Positions 23,030 to 32,478 of a stretch of DNA of 64,000 nt are shown here, piece by piece. The notes beneath the pieces are model-generated. The model was not told where the DNA came from, ran no database searches, and saw only the letters and a program-made list of their open reading frames with translations. Each line of letters opens with the position of its first letter. Within the stretch, counting starts at the first letter, position 1. Origin of the DNA: a virus (lineage: Duplodnaviria > Heunggongvirae > Uroviricota > Caudoviricetes); IMG/VR virus record IMGVR_UViG_3300037418_003161, positions 108,420 through 172,419 of that record; one strand, written 5' to 3'. Position numbers and translations under genes: made by a program.

Positions 23030-25783
23030 ATGTTACCGCAATTGAAAGCCTTGGAAATATTACAGACCTATGAAGGAAAGAACAATCAGATTCTTTATTG
23101 GCGACATAAGATTTTTGAGGAGAAAGCAACGATTACCCGTTCACAGGCTGATTATATTCTCCAATATCACAACAAACCACCGAAGGTTGCCAAGAAACCT
23201 ATTAAAATCGAAGCATACTTCGGTGAAAGGTTGCAGGAAGAAAGAAACTTACCGAATGTCCCGGAGACAATTTGGTGTGAAAAATTATTGGCTGAAAGTG
23301 ATAAGGCTTTTCACATAATGGGGAGGGTTGTGGATGGCGCAAAATTGGAGTTCATGTGGATTCCCAAATGTTTTATCATCAGAGAGAAGAAGTGTAATGT
23401 TTGTGTTGATTATTCAAAATATGACCACAGACCTCCAATGGCACACCAAAAGGTTGCCATTGAAAAATTATTGTGTAACGATAAGTTTATTTTGGCTGAC
23501 GATATGGGGCTTGGAAAAACGGCCTCGGCAGTTTTAGCTTCAATAGAATCCAATTCAGAAAAAATTTTAATCATTTGTCCCGCAAGCCTAAAAATAAATT
23601 GGAAGCGTGAGATAGAAATGTATACAAATGCTTCAGTATCTATTGTTGAGGGTAAGGAGTGGGAAGACGGCCATAAATATTATATCATCAACTATGACAT
23701 TATTAAAAATTTCCATAATGTTCCGGGTAAAAAGAAAACAAAGAAAGTGGAAGATGTAGTGATTGAGTTGGAATATACGGATGAAGAAAAGGAATTGATG
23801 AAACGTATTGATGAAACAAAATTTGATTTGATGATGATAGATGAGTGTTTTACTTATAATACATTAATACAAACCAATAAAGGTATGATTCCAATAGGCG
23901 AAATAGTAGATAATACTATGGACGTTCAAATATTATCATACAATAAGGAGGAAGAAAAACTTGAATATAAAAATATAAACAGGTGGATAAAAAAAACCAC
24001 TAATAAAAAATTGGTTGGGGTCAGACTTAAAAACGGAAAAACAATTGAATGTACTGACAACCATAAATTTTATGTAAAAAATAAAGGTTATGTCCCCGCA
24101 GGAAAACTTGAAAAAAACGACCAATTGTATGTGGTGTCTGAAAGAACTGACAAAGAAACAAATTATAAAAAAGACAATTTATTGTTCAAAGGGTTGTGCA
24201 ACACTCAAAAGAAATTCAGACAGGCGAGCAAAAAAAGAACCTATAAAAAAAACATGCCCGGAATGTGGCAAAGAAAAAATCTTCAAAAACAAATCGGAAA
24301 TGATGAGGCAGGAATGTTGCGGCAAAACGTGTATGATGAAACGGAGACACAGGTTAGACAAAACAGTTCACGAAAAAATGAGGAAAAGTTTACAAGGCCG
24401 CACGTTTCTTGCAAGGGGTGGCAACTCAAAGACAACGAGACAACAAAAATCACTATACGAAAGCCTTGGGGATGGATGGATATTAGAATTACCAATCAAA
24501 ACAAAAGAAGTGAAAGAATTATTCAAATCACTCCCACATTCATACAAAGTGGATATTGGAAACGAACACATGAAAATTGCGGTGGAGGTAGATGGAAAAA
24601 CACACAAACAACACAAGTGGAGGTTTTTGGACAAGAGGAAAACGGAAGTATTGAATTCGTTGGGGTGGAGAGTGTTACGGTTTTGGAACGAAGAAGTGGA
24701 AAACAGTTTGGAAGACTGTCTGAAAAAAATACAAGAGTTTATGACCTTGAGATAGAAGATAATCACAATTATTTTGCTAATCAAACCCTTGTAAGTAATT
24801 GTCATTTTATCAGTAATCCAAAGGCTCAACGCACCCAATTAATCAACAATATTGCGGAGAAAACCAAAAAGTTGTGGCTTTTGACCGGGACACCCATGAC
24901 TTCTCGCCCGATAAATTATTTTAATCTTCTGAAGTTGATTGATTGTCCCATTGCCCACAACTGGCAAGTCTATGTGAGACGATATTGTAAGGGATACCAA
25001 TTCAAAGTTAGGGGGAAAAGGATATGGAACGTGAATGGGGCAAGCAACTTAGATGAACTTCGGGAGCGCACCAAACCTTATCTGCTTCGCAGACTAAAAA
25101 CCGATATTTTGGATTTGCCGGAGAAGATTATTACCCCGGTTTATTTGGAACTCAAATCCAAGGAATATGAAGACGAGATGGAAGAATATTTGGATTGGAG
25201 TGAATTGGAAGGCAAAGAGGCTTCTTTATCAATCCATATTAATAAATTAATGAAGGTGCGTACCCTGATTGCAAGGGAGAAAGTACCATACACAATTGAG
25301 ATGGTGGAGCGTTTGTTGGAGCAGGAAAAAAAGGTGATTGTATTTACCAACTTCACGGAAACACTGGAATCCATTGCCCGGCATTTTGGAAAACAGGCAG
25401 TTACGCTTGATGGGAGAATGAACAAACTAAAACGGCAACATTCAGTTGACCAATTTCAGGAAAACCCTAACATTAAGGTATTCGTGAGCAATCTGAAAGC
25501 CGGGGGTGTAGGGATTACACTTACGGAAGCGGAAGCGGTGGTGATGAATGACCTCTCGTTTGTTCCGGTGGAACATGCACAGGCTGAAGATAGAAGTTAT
25601 AGATATGGTCAAAAGAAATCAGTATCGGTTTATTATCCTCTTTTTGAAAATACCATGGAAATGATAATGTATGATATTTTATGTCGGAAAAAGGTTGTCA
25701 TTAATACCGTAATGGGGGACGAAGAGTTTAATGAAGATTTTGGACTCAGCTTTTTGGAGAAACTGAGTGAAGGTCAGGAATAG
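23030..25783 (+). CDS. SNF2/SWI2-family helicase (intein-containing)
   Basis: LADDMGLGKT, ICPASLKINW, IDE/CH, LLTGTP, LLRRLK, GGVGITLT, QAEDRSYRYGQ. Confidence 0.92.
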   Translation: MLPQLKALEILQTYEGKNNQILYWRHKIFEEKATITRSQADYILQYHNKPPKVAKKPIKIEAYFGERLQEERNLPNVPETIWCEKLLAESDKAFHIMGRVVDGAKLEFMWIPKCFIIREKKCNVCVDYSKYDHRPPMAHQKVAIEKLLCNDKFILADDMGLGKTASAVLASIESNSEKILIICPASLKINWKREIEMYTNASVSIVEGKEWEDGHKYYIINYDIIKNFHNVPGKKKTKKVEDVVIELEYTDEEKELMKRIDETKFDLMMIDECFTYNTLIQTNKGMIPIGEIVDNTMDVQILSYNKEEEKLEYKNINRWIKKTTNKKLVGVRLKNGKTIECTDNHKFYVKNKGYVPAGKLEKNDQLYVVSERTDKETNYKKDNLLFKGLCNTQKKFRQASKKRTYKKNMPGMWQRKNLQKQIGNDEAGMLRQNVYDETETQVRQNSSRKNEEKFTRPHVSCKGWQLKDNETTKITIRKPWGWMDIRITNQNKRSERIIQITPTFIQSGYWKRTHENCGGGRWKNTQTTQVEVFGQEENGSIEFVGVESVTVLERRSGKQFGRLSEKNTRVYDLEIEDNHNYFANQTLVSNCHFISNPKAQRTQLINNIAEKTKKLWLLTGTPMTSRPINYFNLLKLIDCPIAHNWQVYVRRYCKGYQFKVRGKRIWNVNGASNLDELRERTKPYLLRRLKTDILDLPEKIITPVYLELKSKEYEDEMEEYLDWSELEGKEASLSIHINKLMKVRTLIAREKVPYTIEMVERLLEQEKKVIVFTNFTETLESIARHFGKQAVTLDGRMNKLKRQHSVDQFQENPNIKVFVSNLKAGGVGITLTEAEAVVMNDLSFVPVEHAQAEDRSYRYGQKKSVSVYYPLFENTMEMIMYDILCRKKVVINTVMGDEEFNEDFGLSFLEKLSEGQE
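23846..24799 (+). mobile_element. intein (318 aa) inserted in helicase DExH motif
   Basis: Starts CFTYNTLI after IDE; block B ECTDNHKF; block F VYDLEIEDNHNYFAN; ends VSN then Cys; splicing restores IDECH. Confidence 0.93.
24090..24755 (+). CDS. Vsr/DUF559-type homing endonuclease in +1 frame inside the intein
   Basis: CMWC..YCSKGC, CPEC..CCGKTC; YKVDIG..IAVEVDGKTH..DKRKTEVLNSLGWRVLRFWNEEV. Confidence 0.88.
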   Translation: MSPQENLKKTTNCMWCLKELTKKQIIKKTIYCSKGCATLKRNSDRRAKKEPIKKTCPECGKEKIFKNKSEMMRQECCGKTCMMKRRHRLDKTVHEKMRKSLQGRTFLARGGNSKTTRQQKSLYESLGDGWILELPIKTKEVKELFKSLPHSYKVDIGNEHMKIAVEVDGKTHKQHKWRFLDKRKTEVLNSLGWRVLRFWNEEVENSLEDCLKKIQEFMTLR

Positions 25784-26183
25784 CCCTCCAATCCCGGTTG
25801 CTTCTATCAAAGTCACGTACCAGTACGGCATCTTCTAGGTATTGTTTTTCCGGTTCGATAAACGTGCGGGTGATTTCCAAGCCATAGTAATACCCCAACG
25901 CTTTTATCGTTTCATCGTGTTGACTTATCAAATAATCGGTTTTGGTAGTGGGGCCGTACCGCCCACTTTTCCACTTGGTTTTTTTCAACCCTTTGAAATA
26001 TAGGGCTACTTCCCACTGGTTGGGTGGGTGGGCTATTCGAGCGACTTCCAACAAAATGACAGCAAAGGGTTTTTCTGCCTTCCGCACAAACTGAAAGTCG
26101 GTATTGAGCAGTTTGGTCATAAAGCCATTGAGAACCTTGTCCTCCACCGCTTCAGCCAGTACTTTTTTAATACTTTCTCTCAT
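25746..26183 (-). CDS. small YFG-family protein with capsid-targeting-like N-terminus
   Basis: MRESIKKVLAEAVE..LGYYYGLEI. Confidence 0.6.
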   Translation of the reverse strand: MRESIKKVLAEAVEDKVLNGFMTKLLNTDFQFVRKAEKPFAVILLEVARIAHPPNQWEVALYFKGLKKTKWKSGRYGPTTKTDYLISQHDETIKALGYYYGLEITRTFIEPEKQYLEDAVLVRDFDRSNRDWRAIPDLHSVSPKS

Positions 26184-26488
26184 ATACCCAATTCTTGTTT
26201 TTTGGATTCGAATAGTTGCAACATATCACGAACACCCTTTCCAAGTATGTTCAATTGGTTGGCGTCTTCTTCATGAAGATAAACAGCCTTCTTCAATTCC
26301 TTATTATTTGCAACAGGAACATATTGGTAGTCCTGAAAAGCATATGGCTTTTTCCCCAACTTTTTGTTGAGTTGATAATCAGCCGACCAGTTGGTGTTAC
26401 CCATCTCATCTTTTGTATCGATGTCGCTTTTCTTTACAATTGCGTGTAACATTTCCTGTAAATTTTGTTTAATTATGTTGTTTTTCAT
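26180..26488 (-). CDS. hypothetical protein
   Basis: 102 aa ORF in operon. Confidence 0.6.
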   Translation of the reverse strand: MKNNIIKQNLQEMLHAIVKKSDIDTKDEMGNTNWSADYQLNKKLGKKPYAFQDYQYVPVANNKELKKAVYLHEEDANQLNILGKGVRDMLQLFESKKQELGI

Positions 26489-26495
26489 AACAAAG

Positions 26496-27353
26496 TTAAA
26501 ACAATTTTTTGTAATTCATTAATGTGTCGGTGTGTAACAAAAAAGAAAGCCCGGCTTGTGAGGTTCTGTTGTGGAGCGTATCCCCGGCAAGGTCACGGAA
26601 CTTGGTTTTGTCGTTCTCAAAAACATATACATAATTATTGGGTAATGTGAAAACAATGAAGTCCACTTTTTGCATATCAGGATGAAAGTCTGACCATATT
26701 TTATAATATTCTCCATCCCGTTCAATTCTTTGGGAGGGAACAACCTTGGCTTTAAAAAGATTCCCCCGGAAATTAAATTCCACGTCCAGCCCCCCTTGTA
26801 CACTGCCAAAGGTCTCTTCCGCTTTCACGTCAATGGCTTTGGGGAAGAATTGATGAATATTTTTTAAAAATATATTTTGTTCTTTTTGGATGGGTGTGCT
26901 ATGGCTGAGGATGTTGATGATTTCCTCGTAGGTCTTTGAACCGGGTGCAAGAATGAGTTCCTTAAAATGTTTCAACAATTCATGAAACCTTTCATATTCC
27001 ATTTCAAATCCCACCTTGTTGTTGGGGTGATTGGTCATAAAATTCAATTGTTCGGTGGACACCAATCCGTTTTCTCCCTCCACATAATCCGTTCCTTTCC
27101 TTCTTAAAAACAAGAGCAAGTTGTTCAAACGGTTCAGGACAATTGTCATAGCAAGAAAGTTGGTGGAAATGCGACTCAACGGAGATTCTTTTTCTCCTGC
27201 GCCCTCACTACCAATTTTTTTCCAATTGGGCTGTTCCTGTTCCAAATCTTTTATACAACCATTCAAAACCACAACGTTCTTGGTCTTGTACGCCGGGTAG
27301 GACAGTATATTTTGGAACAAGCTTGTATCATAACTAATTGCTTCGGCTACCAT
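26496..27353 (-). CDS. hypothetical protein, possible degenerate PD-(D/E)xK fold at C-terminus
   Basis: GGLDVEF..FKAKVVP..VDFIVF pattern. Confidence 0.5.
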   Translation of the reverse strand: MVAEAISYDTSLFQNILSYPAYKTKNVVVLNGCIKDLEQEQPNWKKIGSEGAGEKESPLSRISTNFLAMTIVLNRLNNLLLFLRRKGTDYVEGENGLVSTEQLNFMTNHPNNKVGFEMEYERFHELLKHFKELILAPGSKTYEEIINILSHSTPIQKEQNIFLKNIHQFFPKAIDVKAEETFGSVQGGLDVEFNFRGNLFKAKVVPSQRIERDGEYYKIWSDFHPDMQKVDFIVFTLPNNYVYVFENDKTKFRDLAGDTLHNRTSQAGLSFLLHTDTLMNYKKLF

Positions 27354-27396
27354 ATAAGGTGAATAAGATATTTATAATAAATAGTCAACAAAACAC

Positions 27397-28497
27397 ATGG
27401 ATATTATCAAACAGGCAGACAAAGAAAAGCTATATACTCAGGTGCTACACCTATTGGGTGCGCCCATTCGTTCGGTAGAGTTAAAGGAGGAGATGATGGA
27501 TTCTTATTTGGAGCTTGCTCTATCAGAGTATGAGCAGTACGTCCAAGATTGGCTGATTGAAAGCCAGTGGTCTGCCCTGTATGGTTTGAACGTTGACGAA
27601 CAATCCTTGAGCCGGGCCTTTACCACAAGAAGCTTGGATTATGAATCCCAATACACCTATGCGTATTCCAAAATTGTCGGTCTTCAAACAAGAGGCCCAT
27701 GGGAGCTTAAAAAAGACTACATTACCCTTGTGAGTGGACAACAGATGTATGAAATTCCTGCCGGAAGAGAACTCAATGAACTGCTTTGGTTTTCCAGAGC
27801 CGAACTTAACGAAACCATGCTTGACCCCTTTATGAGTGGAGGGTTTAACGGCATGGGTATTGGAGGCGGTATTGGTATGGCGCAAATTGGAGGTGGTGGT
27901 TCGTATTTTATGATGCCAGCCTTTGACCTGTTGCTTCGTATGCAGGATAGAAACATAAAAAACCGTCTGATTGGTGGAGACCTCACTTACCGGGTAACGG
28001 CTGCACCGGACGGAAAAAAATACATCCATCTTTATAATGTTCCGGGAGGAAAATTTGATTTTGCTTCCACCCACGATGCCAAGGTGTGGTACTGGTATTA
28101 CGACACCAATGACCGGGAAGCCTGTCTGAAAGAAAATCCTGATGTGGTAAAATTACCTTCCGATGTACAACTGGACGGTTTGACGTGGGATGAGCTAAAC
28201 GCCCCAAGTAAAACTTGGGTAAGGAAATATTTTATTGCTCTTTGTAAAGAAGGTCTTGGTCGTACAAGGGGTAAGTTTAGCGGCGAACTGAAAACGCCAA
28301 ATTCAGAAATTAAATTGGATTACGATTCTCTTCTCACGGAAGGAAAGGACGAGAGGTCAAAGCTGATAGAAGAATTGATGCAAAGGCTTGAAAGATTGCG
28401 CCCGGACAAAATGTTGGAAAGAAAGGGAAATGAAGCGGAAAACCTTAATAAATCATTAAAATACCGTCCGTTCCAATCACCCTTTAATCCCATCTAA
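27397..28497 (+). CDS. neck protein (T4 gp13-like head-tail adaptor)
   Basis: LHLLGAPIRSVEL.EE..DSYLE.AL; WVRKY..ALCKE..G..RGKF.G..LD...L..EG..E..KL.EEL. Confidence 0.75.
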   Translation: MDIIKQADKEKLYTQVLHLLGAPIRSVELKEEMMDSYLELALSEYEQYVQDWLIESQWSALYGLNVDEQSLSRAFTTRSLDYESQYTYAYSKIVGLQTRGPWELKKDYITLVSGQQMYEIPAGRELNELLWFSRAELNETMLDPFMSGGFNGMGIGGGIGMAQIGGGGSYFMMPAFDLLLRMQDRNIKNRLIGGDLTYRVTAAPDGKKYIHLYNVPGGKFDFASTHDAKVWYWYYDTNDREACLKENPDVVKLPSDVQLDGLTWDELNAPSKTWVRKYFIALCKEGLGRTRGKFSGELKTPNSEIKLDYDSLLTEGKDERSKLIEELMQRLERLRPDKMLERKGNEAENLNKSLKYRPFQSPFNPI

Positions 28498-28713
28498 CAG
28501 ACCGGGGGATAAAATCTCAGGGGAAACACTTAATGAAAAGTATTTTTTTAGTTCAACTTCCATGGAACTGAAATTTGGTGTGGAAATAAGGGTTGTGCTA
28601 CCAATATAAAATAGAAACATTACACAACCCCCACCTTTAAGTTCAATGTCGTATATTATATAGACACTATCAAAAAGGCCGGATACCAGTTTACGTAAAT
28701 ACCTTGTTCGCAA
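28477..28713 (-). CDS. small YFG-family protein, no ATG (TTG start or pseudogene)
   Basis: LRTRYLRK..IIYDIEL..ELKKYFSLSV. Confidence 0.45.
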   Translation of the reverse strand: MRTRYLRKLVSGLFDSVYIIYDIELKGGGCVMFLFYIGSTTLISTPNFSSMEVELKKYFSLSVSPEILSPGLLDGIKG

Positions 28714-28729
28714 TATTGTTAACAGGGTA

Positions 28730-29104
28730 TTATTTGAACTTATCGTCAAACCGTTCGTTGGCTGCAATTCTTTTTTCTTTTTTAGCTTTTTTTGTTTTAA
28801 CACGCTGCTCAATGTTGTTACGGTTGACTTCAGGAAGCTTAAGTCCACGAAATATGGCCTCGTCAATAAAGCGTTGAATCCAAATGAGGGCCTGTTCATA
28901 GGTCAAAGGACTTTGGGTAAGGGGAGTAAAGGTGCTGCCACCCATACTGAAGTTGGGCTTATTGTGTTTTTTCAGTTTGTCCATTACGTCATGTGCAATT
29001 ACTACTTCCCAACACCGGGCATAAGCGTTTTGCAAATGTTCGTCATCCATGAGTTCAATGGGGATTGACCCCTTATTTGATTTCCATAAATATGTTTTCT
29101 TCAT
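28730..29104 (-). CDS. hypothetical protein
   Basis: 124 aa; IPIELMDDEHLQNA motif. Confidence 0.6.
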   Translation of the reverse strand: MKKTYLWKSNKGSIPIELMDDEHLQNAYARCWEVVIAHDVMDKLKKHNKPNFSMGGSTFTPLTQSPLTYEQALIWIQRFIDEAIFRGLKLPEVNRNNIEQRVKTKKAKKEKRIAANERFDDKFK

Positions 29105-29179
29105 AGTTGTAATACCTAAAAGCGTTAGGTCTCCTACTATTATATGCTATTCAAACCGAGAGTTTGACAGGGAATATTT

Positions 29180-29503
29180 CTAAGTTAACACAAGTTTAAC
29201 ATTATTATCCTCAAAAGGTTTAAAATATTCGAATTGGATGTTGCTTTCCCAAATCCATTGTTTGTTAATCCAGTAACAGAGTATTCCTAATTTCTCCACC
29301 CGTTCCAACGTACCTGTTTTCCAATTACCGATGTGGGTCTTGTAGCGTACCGTAGCTCCCATCTCCTTATTGGGCTGAAACCCCATGGCAAGTATGTTGG
29401 TGGTGTAATTGGGTTGATTTTTATCATCATAGTTTATCCACGTAGCCCTTAAGAGACCGCCTTCCAGATGCATCGGGAGACCCCGGTAATTGATTAACTC
29501 CAT
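29180..29503 (-). CDS. hypothetical protein
   Basis: 107 aa after early promoter at 29520. Confidence 0.6.
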   Translation of the reverse strand: MELINYRGLPMHLEGGLLRATWINYDDKNQPNYTTNILAMGFQPNKEMGATVRYKTHIGNWKTGTLERVEKLGILCYWINKQWIWESNIQFEYFKPFEDNNVKLVLT

Positions 29504-29615
29504 ATTTTACGTTTAAAAACAAAGATAAAACAAATTTTTAGTTTTTGATAAATTAAATTGGGCCAATATTTTTCTTCCCGGAAGGCAACCCGGTATTTAT
29601 AATAAAATCTTCCCC

Positions 29616-30449
29616 ATGAAGCTAGAATGTGTAGTCATTTGCATACAGTATGCAGATTTTCTTCGGGTGACGCTACCCAATAACAAGAATTTTTTCGATA
29701 GAATGGTGGTTGTAACCGACACCAAGGACGAAGAAACTGCAAGGGTTTGTGAGTTTAATAATGTGCAGTGTGTGAAAACCGATGTTTTTTATGATGACCC
29801 CAATGTGCGGGAAAAACCCAATAAGGCGAGAGGCATTAACGAAGGGCTGAAGCAGCTTTCCAAAGATGGGTGGGTACTACACATGGATTCGGATATTTGG
29901 TTGCCGTGTCTTACAAGACACATTATTGAGAACTATCCCCTGAACGACAAATCAATTTATGGGATTGACCGTTTGATGTGTAATACCTATTCTGATTGGG
30001 TGCGCTATGTTTATCACGGTAAACCCTTGAACGAAGGATGGTGTTATGTTCATACCGACCAATTTCCCATGGGTGTTCGGATTGTAAAATACCATTCCGA
30101 AGGCTACCTTCCCATTGGTTATTTCCAACTTTGGAATCCCAACGGTAGTGGAGTGTATGACTATCCCGAAGTTCAGGCATCCTTTGATAGAACCGATGTT
30201 CTCCATGCCCAACAATTTGACAGGGAACAAAGAAAGTTCATACCGGATGTAATTTGTATTCACCTTGCATCGGAAAACCACAAACAAGGGCAGAATTGGT
30301 TTGGGCGAAAAACACGCCCCTTTAGACCCATGACGTTTAAAGAGAAATTCGCCTTTTATTGGTATCGCTTCACCTTTAATGCTGCCAATGTGCTTGGCAG
30401 TATATTTCCGGCATTGAAAAAGAAAAAGAACCACGTCTATGAAATATAA
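29616..30449 (+). CDS. GT-A fold glycosyltransferase (GT2-like)
   Basis: VVICIQYADFL..VVVTD..NKARGIN..WVLHMDSDI..GYFQLW..D. Confidence 0.8.
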   Translation: MKLECVVICIQYADFLRVTLPNNKNFFDRMVVVTDTKDEETARVCEFNNVQCVKTDVFYDDPNVREKPNKARGINEGLKQLSKDGWVLHMDSDIWLPCLTRHIIENYPLNDKSIYGIDRLMCNTYSDWVRYVYHGKPLNEGWCYVHTDQFPMGVRIVKYHSEGYLPIGYFQLWNPNGSGVYDYPEVQASFDRTDVLHAQQFDREQRKFIPDVICIHLASENHKQGQNWFGRKTRPFRPMTFKEKFAFYWYRFTFNAANVLGSIFPALKKKKNHVYEI

Positions 30450-30470
30450 AAACCCCGGAAATCCGGGGTC
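30448..30470. terminator. CCCGGAAA-family palindrome between convergent genes
   Basis: AAAAACCCCGGAAATCCGGGGTC; core identical to 10161. Confidence 0.8.
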
Positions 30471-30519
30471 TTTTGGGCTTTGTTGAGTTGCTTGAAGAAT
30501 TACGAAACAAATATAGGGA

Positions 30520-31206
30520 TTAATCTATAAAATCTTTTTCTCCAAGGGTATATTGGTTTGGTTTTTCAATCAAATCTTTTTTGGTCATGATACGGTCTTC
30601 CTCGTCTTCATAGATTCGCTTTTCGCCGTTAATGACCACCTCACCCCGGAATTTTAATGCCATTTCAAATGCATTGGACTTGTGGTGTCCCACGAACCCT
30701 TGAATTGTATAGGCAAATTTTGACCTGTTCTCCGTTACTTCAAAATACGTCAGATTGGCCAGCCTGTGGTAATTGGCAATTATAGCCGGATATTCTTGTG
30801 TATTGATAAAAAAGGTAAGCTCTTTTTGTTTGCCGTGGTTTTTTATATGGACACTATTGGCAAAGCGAAAGATGGCGTTATCGGTCTTGAATTTATAGTC
30901 TACTCCACCTTCAAAAGTTGAATAGGTTTTGTTGGTAAAGGTTTGTTCCACATCATTAAACCCCCTTTGTTCCATTAGTACAGCAAGCCGCTCCCGGTCT
31001 TTTTGGGTGATAAAATTGTCTGCCCTGTCCAATATTTCATAGAACCGTTTGCGGGAAATAAGCTTGATTTCACTTTTGCGAACCTGTTCTTCCTGTCTTA
31101 AAGTATCACTGTCCATATTGTTCAAGACATCCTTGAACACCTGTTGTTCGACCTTACTCAAAGACAAGTATCCTGAAATAATCAGGTCTTTTAGATTTTT
31201 AACCAT
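30520..31206 (-). CDS. hypothetical protein
   Basis: 228 aa ORF. Confidence 0.65.
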   Translation of the reverse strand: MVKNLKDLIISGYLSLSKVEQQVFKDVLNNMDSDTLRQEEQVRKSEIKLISRKRFYEILDRADNFITQKDRERLAVLMEQRGFNDVEQTFTNKTYSTFEGGVDYKFKTDNAIFRFANSVHIKNHGKQKELTFFINTQEYPAIIANYHRLANLTYFEVTENRSKFAYTIQGFVGHHKSNAFEMALKFRGEVVINGEKRIYEDEEDRIMTKKDLIEKPNQYTLGEKDFID

Positions 31207-31209
31207 ACA

Positions 31210-31848
31210 TTATTTTTTTGCTTCTTTAACCTCAACCAGTTTGCCGACAAAAATGGAGTTCCCTACCTTTATTTGGAGGCTTTCATTGATTTTGGTGGTT
31301 TTTTCAATTTTGTTCAGTTTCTCATTGAGAACCTTTTCAATGGTCGCCTCAAGGGTGGATTGGATAATCTCTTTAATGAGGGGTTTCATTTCATTGATAA
31401 GGAGTTCATTGAAGCTACCATTGCTGCTTCGTCCCACATTGCCAGTTTCATAATCTTCATTCACGGCTCTGCGTTGGGGTTGAGGAGCGGGTTGCTTTTT
31501 GGGGGACTGTTTAAGGTTTAATCGTTCCATTTGTTTTGCAACCTTGTCGGTGAATTCCAAACTCAAGCTGTTTCCAAAATTAATTTCCGCTTGTGGGATG
31601 GGTTTTTCAATCATCGCCATTTTGATTGCATCAGGAAGCTTGGATTCGCTGACCCGGTTCTTATACTCTCCCTGCGAAAGCTGTGGGGGAAGTTGGGGTT
31701 CTTGCGGAACAGGCATCATGTTAGCCATTACGTCCTCCGGGGCTTCTTTAATGATGTCCCGATTAATATTACCTTTGGAGTAGTCTCCACTTTCTACCTT
31801 ATTCATCACCTTTTTGGCTTGAATGAGGTTTTGCATTAATTTATCCAT
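31210..31848 (-). CDS. hypothetical protein
   Basis: 212 aa ORF; SKLPDAIK.AMIE.PI motif. Confidence 0.65.
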   Translation of the reverse strand: MDKLMQNLIQAKKVMNKVESGDYSKGNINRDIIKEAPEDVMANMMPVPQEPQLPPQLSQGEYKNRVSESKLPDAIKMAMIEKPIPQAEINFGNSLSLEFTDKVAKQMERLNLKQSPKKQPAPQPQRRAVNEDYETGNVGRSSNGSFNELLINEMKPLIKEIIQSTLEATIEKVLNEKLNKIEKTTKINESLQIKVGNSIFVGKLVEVKEAKK

Positions 31849-31869
31849 ATGCAGTTTTTCAAATTATAA

Positions 31870-32244
31870 TTAAAACTTAGCGATAAGTAAAACCTGTCGC
31901 ATCGTTCTGTCACCACTTTTATTGAATTTAGGTCTCGCTTGTGTAAATGGTATTTTATTGGTTTTGACCTGAGCCACTCTATCCAAGCGGAATAGTCGCC
32001 AAAAAGGAAGGTTGTGGGGGGTTTTGGAATCCCCCTGTTTTTGCCAAGCCCGAACCGCTAGGTTTCCAGCCTTGGTAAACCCCAAGCAAACAGGCTCAAT
32101 GTCACGCCAACCACCCGGAACTTGCTCATCTCCAAGATAGCGGATGGTACACACCCACTTATTACGGATGGCTTGGGTAATCAGCATGACTTTGGCCTCT
32201 TCTTCGGTTAATAATTCTCTATATGACTCGCTGAGAGATATCAT
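31870..32244 (-). CDS. stand-alone WYL-domain protein
   Basis: AIRNKWVCTIRY..WRDIEPVCLG..VRAWQ..WRLFRLDRV. Confidence 0.85.
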   Translation of the reverse strand: MISLSESYRELLTEEEAKVMLITQAIRNKWVCTIRYLGDEQVPGGWRDIEPVCLGFTKAGNLAVRAWQKQGDSKTPHNLPFWRLFRLDRVAQVKTNKIPFTQARPKFNKSGDRTMRQVLLIAKF

Positions 32245-32477
32245 TAGAAATTAGGGTACTTGTTTTTTTCGTTGTACTTATTGAACTTTAAATTTTGCTG
32301 TCTTGTAGCAATGTCGGTTTTGCTGCCTTCTGCACCAATTCCATTGGGGTCTTTGTTAGCCGAGGCTTCATCCAAGGGTTCGGTCTTCTTTTCGTTATAC
32401 TTGTTCTTAGGAAGCAACTGGTCTCTGTTAATCTTACCTTGAATTTCCAAGGGGGATTGTTTGTTTGTTTCTGCCAT
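32244..32477 (-). CDS. hypothetical protein
   Basis: 77 aa; repeated NKYNEK. Confidence 0.6.
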   Translation of the reverse strand: MAETNKQSPLEIQGKINRDQLLPKNKYNEKKTEPLDEASANKDPNGIGAEGSKTDIATRQQNLKFNKYNEKNKYPNF

Positions 32478-32478
32478 T

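Noticed and set aside
24368-24838. Third (- strand) ORF inside the intein
   Set aside because: Hydrophobic, motif-free antisense shadow of the K/N-rich dual-coding region
27523-28074. 183 aa antisense ORF
   Set aside because: Shadow of the neck protein gene
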